Shown: piece after piece, positions 24,901 to 35,243 of the stretch
How the letters are laid out: each line of letters begins with the position of its first letter
Position numbering within the stretch: the stretch's first letter is position 1
Assembly: GCA_949358305.1 (NCBI GenBank)
Contig: OX442314.1
Coordinates: forward strand, 25,296,001-25,360,000
Source of the DNA: Strigamia acuminata
Taxonomy: Eukaryota
DNA: 64,000 nucleotides
Reading direction: 5' to 3'
Position numbers and translations under genes: made by a program
The notes under the pieces: generated by a model
What the model saw: the letters and a program-made list of their open reading frames with translations, nothing else
Told to the model about the DNA's origin: nothing
Database searches by the model: none

Positions 24901-26322
24901 AAAGAACTTATATATATTAATTTTTTTATGACTTGTTGTAATCTTTCATGTTTTAAAAATATATAATCTTATAGTAAATTTTCATGTTTTTTTTTTAAAA
25001 AAATCCTTTAAAAATCCTTGCTTTTAAAATTTGAAGAAAAAATGATTTTGCATTAATTTTTCTTGTTTCTAAACATTTGCACAAAAATTGTCAAATAGAA
25101 TTAAATAAAAATTCAAAATCCTGTGTAAAAATATTAAATTAAGCCAAAAAAACAACAAAAGAAATCTCATTACGACTGGGATGCTATGCTCAGAGGAACA
25201 AACTAGCAGCGGTGGCGCCACCACTAGGAGAAACAACGGAACTAAGGAGTTTGGCTACTTCTCCTTTTACATACTATGACGACTATTGACAAAGATATGT
25301 TCAAAGGGGTACCGAAGGTAACGGTACTTCACTTAGAAGAAAATCACTTGTCCGCTATCCATGGAAATGAATTTCAATTCACAACTAAACTGGAAAAACT
25401 ATTTCTGCACGGAAACAATTTACAGTACATATCACCAGATGGCTTCCGGAATTTACACAGATTGAAACTTCTAACACTTCACAAGAGTAAATTGCATCAA
25501 CCTCATTTCTGGACAATGATTTCATCAAACTTATCTGAAATAACATTCAGTGGAAATGAATTTCTATGCGACTGCGAGTACACGGTACCTTTTAATCAGT
25601 GGGTCATCAACAACCAAGACGTTAAATTCAAAGATTTAGTTAATACATACTGCAGCGACAATCAAACACTTATCAGCCATTTCAATGACACGAGTTGCCT
25701 GGAAGTAATAAAGGAAAAAAAAGCTCCCTTGTTTGCAATTGTGGTGCCGACAGTAAGCATACTTCTACTTTTAACAGTGGTTTTATCCCTGCTCTATTTC
25801 TACAGTTTGGAAATGAAAGTCTGGTTGTATTCGAGATATGGAGAGCAATTGTTCCATAACAAAGATGCTGACGAGAATAAAATAATTGACGCCTTCATTT
25901 CTTGCGCAAACGAAGATTGCGAATGGGTGGCAGAGAAATTGGTACCTCAGTTAAAGGATTATAGACTGTGCATTCCTCAAAGAGATTCTCTAGGTGGAGG
26001 TTCAATTGCCGAGTCCATAGCTTATGCAGTGGAGAACAGCTGCGTGACTGTTGCTATTTTAACTCCCAACTATTTGCAAAGTAAATGGTATCGATTTGAA
26101 TTTGAATTTGCACATGAAAAATTGCTTGAAAACAAATGCAAGCGTTTGGTTTTTGTTGTTTTGGAACAAGTAGAAGACGTTGGCCTAGATTCTAATTTGC
26201 GTGCCTATTTGAAGACCAATACATATCTGGACATAAACGATGCACTTTTTTGGACTAAGTTACAAAATGCACTACCAGAGTTAGAGACGAATCCACAAAT
26301 GCAAGGAGAGACTAGTTTGTAG
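21984..26322 (+). CDS. Toll-like receptor 2, interrupted by a transposon (reconstructed 1036 aa from 21984-24058 + 25287-26322)
   Basis: Same architecture as Toll-1. Removing 24059-25286 restores [15 protein letters not shown] and a stop-free 3111-nt frame. As assembled it gives a 731-aa ectodomain ORF and a 348-aa LRR-TM-TIR ORF. Confidence 0.93.
24059..25278 (+). mobile_element. Non-autonomous P-superfamily DNA transposon, 1220 bp
   Basis: 31-bp perfect TIR CATAGTATGTAAAAGGAGAAGTAGCCAAACT and 8-bp TSD ACGACTAT (24051-24058 and 25279-25286). The internal decayed ORF at ~24480-24879 ([14 protein letters not shown]...[25 protein letters not shown]) resembles the C-terminus of P/THAP9-type transposases. 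The empty site is seen in the paralogous copy near 27741-27765. Confidence 0.9.
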
Positions 26323-26705
26323 AAGAGCAGGGTCGTATGAGATTGAATAGAGCAATGCGAAGACGAGCAGTGAAGCCAACGTCTAGGAGATGTTTTTGGT
26401 TGAGATTAGATGACGCGCGACAGGAAGTGTATGCAAAGTTGTTGACATTTGTTTAGGGTCAATTGTGCCACTGTATTTTTCTGCCGTGCGTTTCTGTTTT
26501 AACACGTGCATGTGTGCACATTGTGTTCTATGTATTTCTCTACTCTATTGTTCATGAGTTCCCTGATGGTGGAGTGTACACTATCCACTTGTAGTGTTAA
26601 TTGTGTGCAGTTAATTATGAAGGTTAAAACAAGTGTTATTTGACTTTGTATTATATGTATATAAAATGTATATGATCATGTCCCTGCAGGTGTGGGACCA
26701 CATTT

Positions 26706-27068
26706 GGGATGGCCAAATTTGCGATCGCTAAAATTGCTCCCAAAATTGCAACGATATAAAAATATTTAGTTTATTTAATTAAGAAAAAAGCACTTCACGC
26801 TCGAGTCGACAGTGTTTGGATACCGACTCGGCTGTTGCCGCCTCGTGCTGCTGTGGCTGGTCGCATCGAATGCCACTAACAATTGTCTCAATCCGGGCAC
26901 GCTTCTCGTCGTTGTCAGCACGTTTTCGGTCATTTTTGGTTGTTTTTTGGTCGTTTTTGGGAGGTTTTCTTTCAATTTTGATCATTTTCAGTAATTTTTT
27001 GTTTCGGTTACAAATTGAACGTTTTCGGTCGTTTTGGTTACTTTTTGGTCGTTTTTGAATTGTTTTCG
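26706..27068. repeat. Unclassified repeat or element fragment truncating the Toll pseudogene
   Basis: Abrupt loss of Toll homology at ~27069, followed by reiterated cgttttcggt / cgtttttggt ~11-bp motifs. No matching TIR pair was found. Confidence 0.4.
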
Positions 27069-28550
27069 TTTAATTGAGGTACCAATTTCTCTGCCATCCA
27101 TTCGCCATCTTTGTTTGCGCAAGAAATGAAGGCATCAAATATTTTATTCTCGTCAGCATCTCTGTTATGGAACAATTGCTCTCCATATCTCGAATACAAC
27201 CAAACTTTGATTTCCAAACTGTAGAAATAATGAAGCAGGATTAAAACAACCGTTAACCGTTAAAAGTAGAAGTATGCTTACTGTCGGCACCACAATTGCA
27301 AACCAGGGAGTTTTTTTTCCTTTATTACTTTGAGGCAACTCGTATCATTGAAATGGCTGATCGTGTTTGACTGTCGCTGCAGTATGTATTAACTAAATCC
27401 TTGAATTCAACATCTTGGTTGTTGATGACCCACTGATTAAAAGGTACCGTGTACTCGCAGTCGCACAGAAATTCATTTCCACTGAATGTTATTTCAGATA
27501 AGTTTGATGAAATCATTGTCCAGAAATACGGTTGATGCAATTTATTCTTGTGAAGTGTTAGAAGTTTCTGTCTGTGTAAATTCCAGTAGCCATCTGGTGA
27601 TATGTAGTGTAAATCGTTTCCATGCAGAAATAGTTTTTCCAGTTTAGTTGTGAATTTGAATTCATTTCCATGGATAGCGGACAAGTGATTTTCTTCTAAG
27701 TGAAGTACCGTTACCTTCGATACCCCTTTGAACATATCTTTGTCAATAGTCATTAAGTCGCTGCTATTTAAGAACAGGAAATCAAGCAGTGGGGAATTTC
27801 TCAATAGTTGACTTAGGATAGATTCTATGTTTGTGTTGTCGTCAAAGAAGATTGTTGTAAAGTTTTCTTGCAAAATGGGCAATGGATGGTTCAACGTCGC
27901 ATTGTAGCAGTCCAATATATTTTCTGACCATTTATTGTAAAAATATTTGCAGTGATGGGGACACACTTGGTCAGTTTCACAAAGCAGTTGGTCCTTCTTC
28001 ATCGTGTGCACATCCAGAAAGGCAGCAAACCGTTTGGTTCGACTGTAAACCGCTTTCTTTATTTTAGGATACTGTGTGTGTAAGCCTGTGCTGTCATACA
28101 ACAACCAATTATTTTCACAGGAACAAGTAATAGGATTGCTGTATAAATTAACTAGTGGCACCACACCATCCTTCCGTATCCCCGGGTCTGCATAGCAAAT
28201 GTCTGAAACCGGTATTTCCAATTCAGGCAACAAACCGTTTAAATTCAATTCATGAACTGTGGATGTGTTGTTATATGCAAGTATGATGTAACGTATACTC
28301 GGTGGAAAGTTAGATGCTGAAAAATGCTGCAGCTTGTACCCAGCAGCAATGAAATTCGGTAGTTTATTATTTTTCAACGACATATCAGGCTTGGCGATGA
28401 CACTTAGTTTGTTGTCGTCTAAATAGATAGTCACGAGCTCAGTGTTGATAAAACTAAAATCAAACAATTGAATTTTGTTATTTCTTAAGTCTAGTGTTAA
28501 CTGAACGGCTCTGAACACGGATTTCATGTCTTCAATTTTGTTTCCAGACA
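27069..28550 (-). pseudogene. Inverted partial Toll-2 duplicate (pseudogene)
   Basis: Highly similar to Toll-2 23206-25954 without the P element. It has no signal peptide or N-terminal LRRs, two in-frame deletions (PELE..IPVSD and KIKK..AVY), a frameshift near 27360, a small duplication in the TM region near 27250, and a TIR domain cut off after EKLVPQL. Confidence 0.92.
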
Positions 28551-30023
28551 CGAATAAGAACTCGGCGATGCGTATCAATCGTGGATTAGCCACGATATTG
28601 GTAGAAATGGGGTGACAGCGGTGACAGTTCGTTGTTTCGACGGTATTGGAAATACTGTGGATTGATCAGATGAGGCCGTGATGCCGTTGTCGATGTGTGG
28701 ATGTAACTGTTGTATTTCCGGTTTTCAGGTGCTTTTATATGCAAATTACGGACCGGAACCGGAAATGACATAATTGAGGATTACATAAATTCACCAATCA
28801 CATGACTTTCTTGAGAAAGTGAGATGCCAAGATGAAATGATGATGTTTGCAATCAACACAAGCAATTAATTAATTAAAAGTAACCAATTAACTTTTCATT
28901 CTTTTAACACAGTATTTATTTATAGTGATTCTTTCATGTGACCTCTGGATCAGAACAACCATTTTGGAGAACAAAATATTCTAATCTTTGTGTGTTTGCC
29001 ATCCTTGTCGTGCATCTGTGCCTTGGATCGCTTGTTATTTTGCTGATCGCTCAGTTTCATCATATCTTCAACGGTGAGATCGATGGTTATTTTTGTGCCT
29101 TTTTACGTGTTCCACGTCGTCCTTGGGGGCTCGTCGGCACATTTTGTCGCTTTATCCGGCAATTTCTCGTCTGATTTCCTTTCGTTTCGAATAGGTAAAA
29201 CAAAAACGCAACTGCAAACGAGCAGAACAAGTGACTCGAGTATTGGTAACTTGATGTTTATCGATGAAAACTTATTGAATGATTGCTTGTCCATCGACGT
29301 TGTCCAGGTTCGAGGCCGCACTGGGAAATCGGGTTGACGGGATAATGGCGTCGGAAAAACAATCTAAATCGTGTTAAAGCGGTTAAAAAAGATAGATATT
29401 CTCGCACGAGCACGAATGGCGATTTATCGCTTTAACTTTCTGGTGCTGTTGGCGATTCCTTGCGACGACATTCAAGTGTACTATAGGTCATGTGAATGTT
29501 TTATTTACAAACAATTTTAACAATTGTGGATTACACACTCTTGCCGTCTCCTTGTCAGTTTGAAAAATGCTAAACAGTATGACATACAGTATACACATTG
29601 TAGATCAGATGTTCGCTTCAGTAAATTGTTCTTGGCATTTCGCAAAAAGACATCCGTCAACAAAACGTCAATTCATCGGCAAAACGAACACTTGGCAATA
29701 AACCATATCGCAACCATCGAAGAGATTCGAAAACACAATTTTTTAAGAAATAAATAATTGAATTCAAAACTATTTGAAAGCTCAAATTGTGTATCGATAA
29801 GTAAACCTAAAAAAATATTTATTTAATAAATAAGGAAGAAAATAGAAACGAACAAATACAGAATCTTTATTTTGATGAATAAAAAGGTTTATTCAATAAT
29901 AAACACATACCTGATTATACTGTATATGTATTGTAACTATTTAGTATGGTTAGAAAACTATCCAAATATAAAATAGAATGGTAAAATACTGTTCAAATTT
30001 AGCGAAGAATTATCCATCGCTCC

Positions 30024-30042
30024 GTTGCTTAGCAACCACGTG
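30024..30042. promoter_or_regulatory. RFX X-box-like palindrome with an adjacent E-box
   Basis: GTTGCTTAGCAAC is immediately followed by CACGTG, in a GC-richer patch ~500 bp upstream of the LRR gene ATG. Confidence 0.35.
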
Positions 30043-30549
30043 TTTCGCAGCAAAGTCACCCATCGGAATAATTTGACGCGCTATCTTTGAAATTGTTGGA
30101 AAACAATATCACCTTCGTTAAAATCTGATTATTTGATGTTAATAAGTCCTATTTTACTTTAAGATTGTGAATAACTTTTACAAATTTAAGACATGTTATA
30201 TTCTTAATAAATACTTTTTAATTAAGGAGTTACATATACATATAAGAAAAAATGAAATTTCTCATTTAAATTTATAAAATTCATTGCGTTTTTTGTTTTT
30301 ATATTGCTGTATTACATTTACCATTATTTTTATTTATTTATTTATTTATTTTCAAATATTGAAAATAAAAAAGTTATTTTAACGGGAAACGTCGAGTGTA
30401 CGTTCTCGCTTGGACGAACACTGTGTTCGTCCAAGGTTCTCGTTACGTCCTGTTTTCGTCACCCCTTATCCTTTTATATATATATATATATATATATAAC
30501 CTTCCCATCTCATTTCTATTTCAATTCATCTCCGGTGTTAGTTCGCAAG

Positions 30550-31866
30550 ATGCCGCACAACAAATCAGCATCGAGTCTGGAACAATTGTGTTTGGAAATG
30601 GTTTGCACTAATGTTGATAGATTAGAAACACAACTGGTGAATCTACCTTCGATGTTTATTTCCCGCGTGTGTCAACGAATTGGTCCGTTATTTTTCTGGG
30701 ATAATAGAAGACGACGCATATCTCCAAACGCTTTCATTCGCCCTGGCACCAAGTCGGTTTGTCATATTGATATGTTTCATTTGCCTTCTCTTTTTCATAA
30801 AGTAGGACGATTTGGTGGAAACCTATTACATTTAGACCTGACCTGTAAGTCCGATGTTAAAATTCCACCTGAATACATGGTCAAACTGCTGGAGCAATTG
30901 CCACGACTTCAACGGTTTCATTTTGGAGGTCATACGGAAGTATGTACTGAAGAAGTTATCGTTGCAATTGGTGAAAATTGTCTGCAATTGCGACATCTAG
31001 AGTTAAAGGACTGCAAAAAGGTTACGGATGATGTGCTCTGTCATTTAAGAAATTGCCAAAAACTGGAGTATTTGGACCTCTGGAACACTAGCGTCACGTG
31101 CGATGGGTGTCTTTTCATTTTCAATCAACTGGCTCTTTTGAAAAAATTTTTCCATTGCCAGTGGAGAATTTTTTTTAATCGGTTAAAACAACAGTTCGAG
31201 TCGGAGGAAAAGTTGCGCACTTATTCCATTGAAACAATCGGCTTTGGTGCAAGTATAGAAAATATTGAAGATTTCATCACTGTCACCACCATTTTCCCAA
31301 ACTTATCAAGCATGTACGTGGATGCATCGGTAGCATCGACTATTTTAGATTTGAATATTGTCTTGGCGCGGGCACAACGATTGACAAGCTTAGAGTTGTA
31401 TCATTTTAAATTAGTTGATCTTAAACTCGTCGATTATTATTGCCCATTGTTAAAAGAATTAGTTTTGAAAGATTGCACTATTTTGAACAATGCTGCATAC
31501 GATTTAGCTTCGCGAAATTTGTTCAGAAACCTATGTAAAGTAGACATAGATGGGGATGGAATTACTGAATCACAGATGTTAGTCATATTAACTCAGAATT
31601 TAGAACATTTAATTATTAGGCATTGTCAAACACTCACTGACAAATTCATTTCAGCACTAGCTGAATTGTATAAAATTAGAGTTCTGGTATTTAATTCATG
31701 TCCCTCAATTAATCAAAGCATGATAACCAAGTTAGTAGAAACAAAAAATCCAATAGAGCTTTTATTAATATTCTATTGTTTAAATTTTGGTTTGTCAGTT
31801 CATGAAAAAATTGCCACTTATATTAAATCTAAGAACTTGAATTTGTCACTTCATTGGCGACCATAG
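30550..31866 (+). CDS. Intronless BC-box / cysteine-containing LRR protein (FBXL/AMN1/ZYG11-like E3 substrate receptor), 438 aa
   Basis: Probable start MPHNKSASSLEQLCLEMV (S-L-x-x-L-C-x-x-x-V), then LVNLPSMF. LRR-CC repeats CLQLRHLELKDCKKVTDDVL and CQKLEYLDLWNTSVTCDG. AATAAA at ~31944. The first 82 codons of the listed ORF are low-complexity UTR. Confidence 0.85.
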   Translation: MPHNKSASSLEQLCLEMVCTNVDRLETQLVNLPSMFISRVCQRIGPLFFWDNRRRRISPNAFIRPGTKSVCHIDMFHLPSLFHKVGRFGGNLLHLDLTCKSDVKIPPEYMVKLLEQLPRLQRFHFGGHTEVCTEEVIVAIGENCLQLRHLELKDCKKVTDDVLCHLRNCQKLEYLDLWNTSVTCDGCLFIFNQLALLKKFFHCQWRIFFNRLKQQFESEEKLRTYSIETIGFGASIENIEDFITVTTIFPNLSSMYVDASVASTILDLNIVLARAQRLTSLELYHFKLVDLKLVDYYCPLLKELVLKDCTILNNAAYDLASRNLFRNLCKVDIDGDGITESQMLVILTQNLEHLIIRHCQTLTDKFISALAELYKIRVLVFNSCPSINQSMITKLVETKNPIELLLIFYCLNFGLSVHEKIATYIKSKNLNLSLHWRP

Positions 31867-32188
31867 TAAAACCTCCGAATATTGACATCCAATTCCATTG
31901 TTGTTTTGTACTGTTTTGCCAGTGTTGGTTTTTTAGAAGTGAGAATAAAGTGTTCAATTAAAAATTAACATTTTTCTGTAATATTTTCAGTTTTGTGTTT
32001 GATTTATTTTAAGTTTCGTTTTTGTGTGTTGCAGGTATCAACTGAGACCACAACTTCATAAACAGACTAAAAGTTTGTAATACTTTTGAATTTCTTCTTC
32101 ATTTGCAAATGATCTGATAACTCTTTCCGGTAACGGACAAGGCTGTGGACCTTATTACGAAATGACTTGCAATACTCGTACACATATA

Positions 32189-32375
32189 CAGTGAAAGCTC
32201 TGTAAACCGGACATAGCACCGTCCGGACAGCTGTGTGGACCGGACATTTTGGAGGTCCTGATTTGGTCCCAACCTATTCCCAGCAATACTAAATCCCCTC
32301 TCCCATCCGGACAGCCTTTTAGTCCGGACAACTTTCTGGGACCAGTCCTATGTCCGGTCTACGGAGCTTACACTG
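32189..32375. mobile_element. Tc1/mariner (pogo-like) MITE, 187 bp
   Basis: ~28-bp imperfect TIR CAGTG[A/T]AAGCTC[T/C]GTA[A/G]ACCGGACATAG, flanked by TA at 32187-32188 and 32376-32377. Internal ccggaca repeats. Confidence 0.85.
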
Positions 32376-32609
32376 TACTTTCTTAATGTTTTGAAAAGTT
32401 TCAATTTCTTTTTAAATTTAGCATCGTCGCGTTTGCCATCTGTACAAAGAGAATCACCAACAACAACACAAAATTCAGCAGGAATTTCAGGATCTGAAAG
32501 CACAGATGCGAGCGATTACGATCGATCTGGATTTTGCTATGATGGTATGACTTTGATTTTGGTTTTTTTTTAAATGAAAAAGGAATTTCGATGTTCGGTT
32601 TGTTCATCC

Positions 32610-32880
32610 AAGAAAAACGAGTGTTTCATTTATTTTTGGCACGAAAAACGAGTGTTTCAGTTATTTCTATCATTAAAAACAAGTTTTTTGGTCTTTTTAC
32701 TATGAAAAATTAATTTCTTTCGTTTATTTTACAATAGAAAATGAATTTATTTCGTTTATTTTACATTGGAAAATGAATTTATTTCGTTTATTTTACAATG
32801 GAAAATGAATTTATTTCGTTTCTTTTACAATGAAAAATGTATTTCTTTCGTTTATTTTACAATTGAAAATGCATTTTTCG
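32610..32880. repeat. Degenerate ~32-bp minisatellite
   Basis: Unit approximately gaaaatgaatttatttcgtttattttacaatg, about 8 copies. Confidence 0.85.
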
Positions 32881-33185
32881 ATGTCACGCCATAAGTTCCA
32901 CCTAAACAAATTTAAAAATCTGTGAAAAAGTATTTTCAGAATATTCGTACATCGAACTCTAAATTGAAGAAACCAGTAAACAAATTAAACGGAAAGGAAG
33001 AAAACCCAATCAGATGAATAACTATAAGCCATAGTGTATAAGTATAACACTATGTATAAGCCAAGCAAAAGTCACGTGATGTAGCGATAGAAATGGACAC
33101 GGATCTCTTTTTAAATATTCCTAAATAAATAAAAATAAATAAAACAAAATAAAATCGGAAATTTGTTATTTTTCGGCAATTTTAC

Positions 33186-33900
33186 GTGTCAAAATCGTAT
33201 TCCGTCGTGAATATTATTTTCCACGTGTAACTGGGTTTGTCTCAGCAATAACTGAAACGCTCTTGTTGAGCTTAATTCTTTGGTATTATTATCCGCACCG
33301 GTTTCAAGAAAACGCCAAAGAGAATCGCAAACTTCAAATTTCTCAGACGACGATTTTAAATGCTGAAAAAAAAAGATATAAAAAAAAGATATAAAAAAAG
33401 TCATTCAATCGCAACGCAGAATTTAAATTACCAGTTCACCGATCTCAAACGAGGGTGCGAATTCAAACGCGTGATGACACAACTCGACGAAATCCTCATT
33501 TTTCGGATGATGTCCGTAAGTCGATAAATATTTCAGCCACAATTTTTCGTTGTTTCTCTAACTTTCTAAGGCTCGTGATAAGATATGTAACGTCCGATCA
33601 AACGTTTTATTGGACGACCTAACGCTAAAAAGTAAATTCGAGCGTTTTAATTCGTATTATTTGCTGATTTTTTACACGTACCGGTTCTTATAGCTCAGTT
33701 CAGTCAATAGTAGCCACAAATCGACATTAGTCGGGTCGCCTTTCAAGATCTCTTCGCGATCCTCTGGTTTTTGAGCAGCGTACGAAAAGTATCGTCGTCC
33801 GTCCTCATCGCCATCCACATCCCTGTGCTCGATCTTGGCAGTTTCTTTGGTCGGACACATCAGCGAGCAAGTGTTTGGAGGCCTGGGACGAGAAAAGTCT
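33186..33900 (-). pseudogene. ZFC3H1: Three-exon internal fragment of ZFC3H1 (PAXT nuclear exosome adaptor), with a premature stop
   Basis: Exons ~33900-33682, 33618-33432 and 33362-~33186 encode RRYFSY...GDPTNVDLWLLL, LHILSRALES*RNNEKLWLKYL...ELCHHAFEFAP and HLKSSSEKFEVCDSLWRFL...QLLLRQTQLHV, matching the ZFC3H1 HAT region as I recall it. In-frame TAG at 33558-33560; no flanking exons found. Confidence 0.75.
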
Positions 33901-33984
33901 TGTTTTCACTCACATATAGTAATGTACAATAAAATAAATAAATAAATGAATGGTCAAAAATCAATCCGAGTTAATTTTACTGAC

Positions 33985-34540
33985 AAACGATTCTTATTGG
34001 TCAAGTGGACGTGGTTTCAACAGCACGAGTCTGTTTGGTCGTCAGTGAAGGTCTCAGTGTCGGTTGAGTCCGCACTCGCTCACTACGACCAGAAAAAGCA
34101 AGTATTTCTTACCGTGGACGCTTCGCCGGTGGGAGTCGGTGCATTCCTGTCATACGTGGACGACAAGTAAACACATCTGCCCATCACCTTCGCAAGTTCG
34201 CTGCTGTCATCCGCTCAGAAAAATTATGCCCAGCTTGAGAGAGAGGGCTTCGCCATCATATATGGGATAAGAAAATTCCACCACTATTTAGTATTTGTTT
34301 GGCCTCAAGTTCGCTCTCCGGACCGACCACAAGCCTTTGGTATCGATTTTCGGGGATAAGAAAGGCTGCAACCAGTTTGTGGCGGCCCGTCTACATCGCT
34401 GGGCCGTATGCTTTTATGCGTACGATTTTGACATCGGACACGTGCCTGCTGCAAACAATGCCATATCAGACGGCCTTTCAAGAAATCCACAACCGATTGT
34501 GGATTTGAGAGAGAATGTCGACTTCGACACTAACTAAATA
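33985..34540 (+). mobile_element. Ty3/gypsy LTR retrotransposon pol remnant (RT connection/RNase H)
   Basis: LAHYD..VFLTVDASPVGVGAFL, KNYAQLEREGFAIIYGIRKFHHYL, LRTDHKPLVSIF, ARLHRWA and DGLSR. One stop (34168-34170) and a frameshift near 34290. Confidence 0.92.
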
Positions 34541-34914
34541 TTTTCCTCTCACATAGCAGAATTTTCAGTGTCGGTAGCCTCACTATCATCAAGGACGACT
34601 ACTCCAGTAGTCGTCCTTGCTATCATGCTGCGAATTTTTTCATTTTTTCAATTCTTTTTGGATTTTCTCACTTTTACACATTTTAGACCCGTTTTTACGT
34701 TGACAAGAAAAAAAATTGAAAAAAAAGCTTAAAACAGGTAAAAACGTGTAAAAAAAAACCTCTAAAAAGTGTCTAAAAAGTTACGAGCAAAACTGTGATT
34801 TTTTTCTGCAATCGCGCGAGTGCATAAAAAAGCCATTTATTTCATTTAACAGACGAATTGTAGTTGTGATCTCCTTATTTAAACAAAATTTAATTTTGGG
34901 AGGTGGATGCTTCA

Positions 34915-35243
34915 CCTGAAAGTGTTTGACACTTGGCATCTGGGCTCGGTAATTGATGTCCGGAACGTTGTGGTCACGTTTCTAGACGAATTTTGAACGT
35001 TCCTGCTATCGGCCGAAAATGCAGCATGACGGCTGTTCGGACTCGCGTGGTCCACCCGTGGACTAGAAAGACTCTCTTTGGTTGTAGTACTGGCTGGCAA
35101 CTCTGGCTTTTTAGGAAGAACTGTCTCTACGGAGATCTACCAATCCTTTTATTGGCTTGTTTAGGGAAGGGGCCGTCCCAAGGGGATCAGGATCATCTCT
35201 AGATCCAATCATGTTTCACTCTGTTTCACTCTGTTTCACTCTG
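34915..35243 (+). mobile_element. Possible decayed 3' end of an RTE-like LINE
   Basis: GC-richer block with fragments LKVFDTWHL, GHVSRR and GPPVD*K, reminiscent of RTE C-termini, ending in (tgtttcactc)x3. Heavily degraded. Confidence 0.3.

Noticed and set aside
27325..28593. 422-aa ORF as a functional LRR protein
   Set aside because: It starts in non-homologous sequence, lacks a signal peptide, has lost conserved Cys/Asn residues and frameshifts before the TM; treated as a pseudogene.
28560..29480. Coding-like GC-richer block (minus strand KGTKITIDLT, weakly like a LINE ORF1 end)
   Set aside because: Interrupted by stops, and the similarity is too short to support a call.
32422..32544. Isolated plus-strand exon (SSRLPSVQRESPTTTQNSAG...)
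   Set aside because: Good splice sites, but no partner exons or recognisable product.
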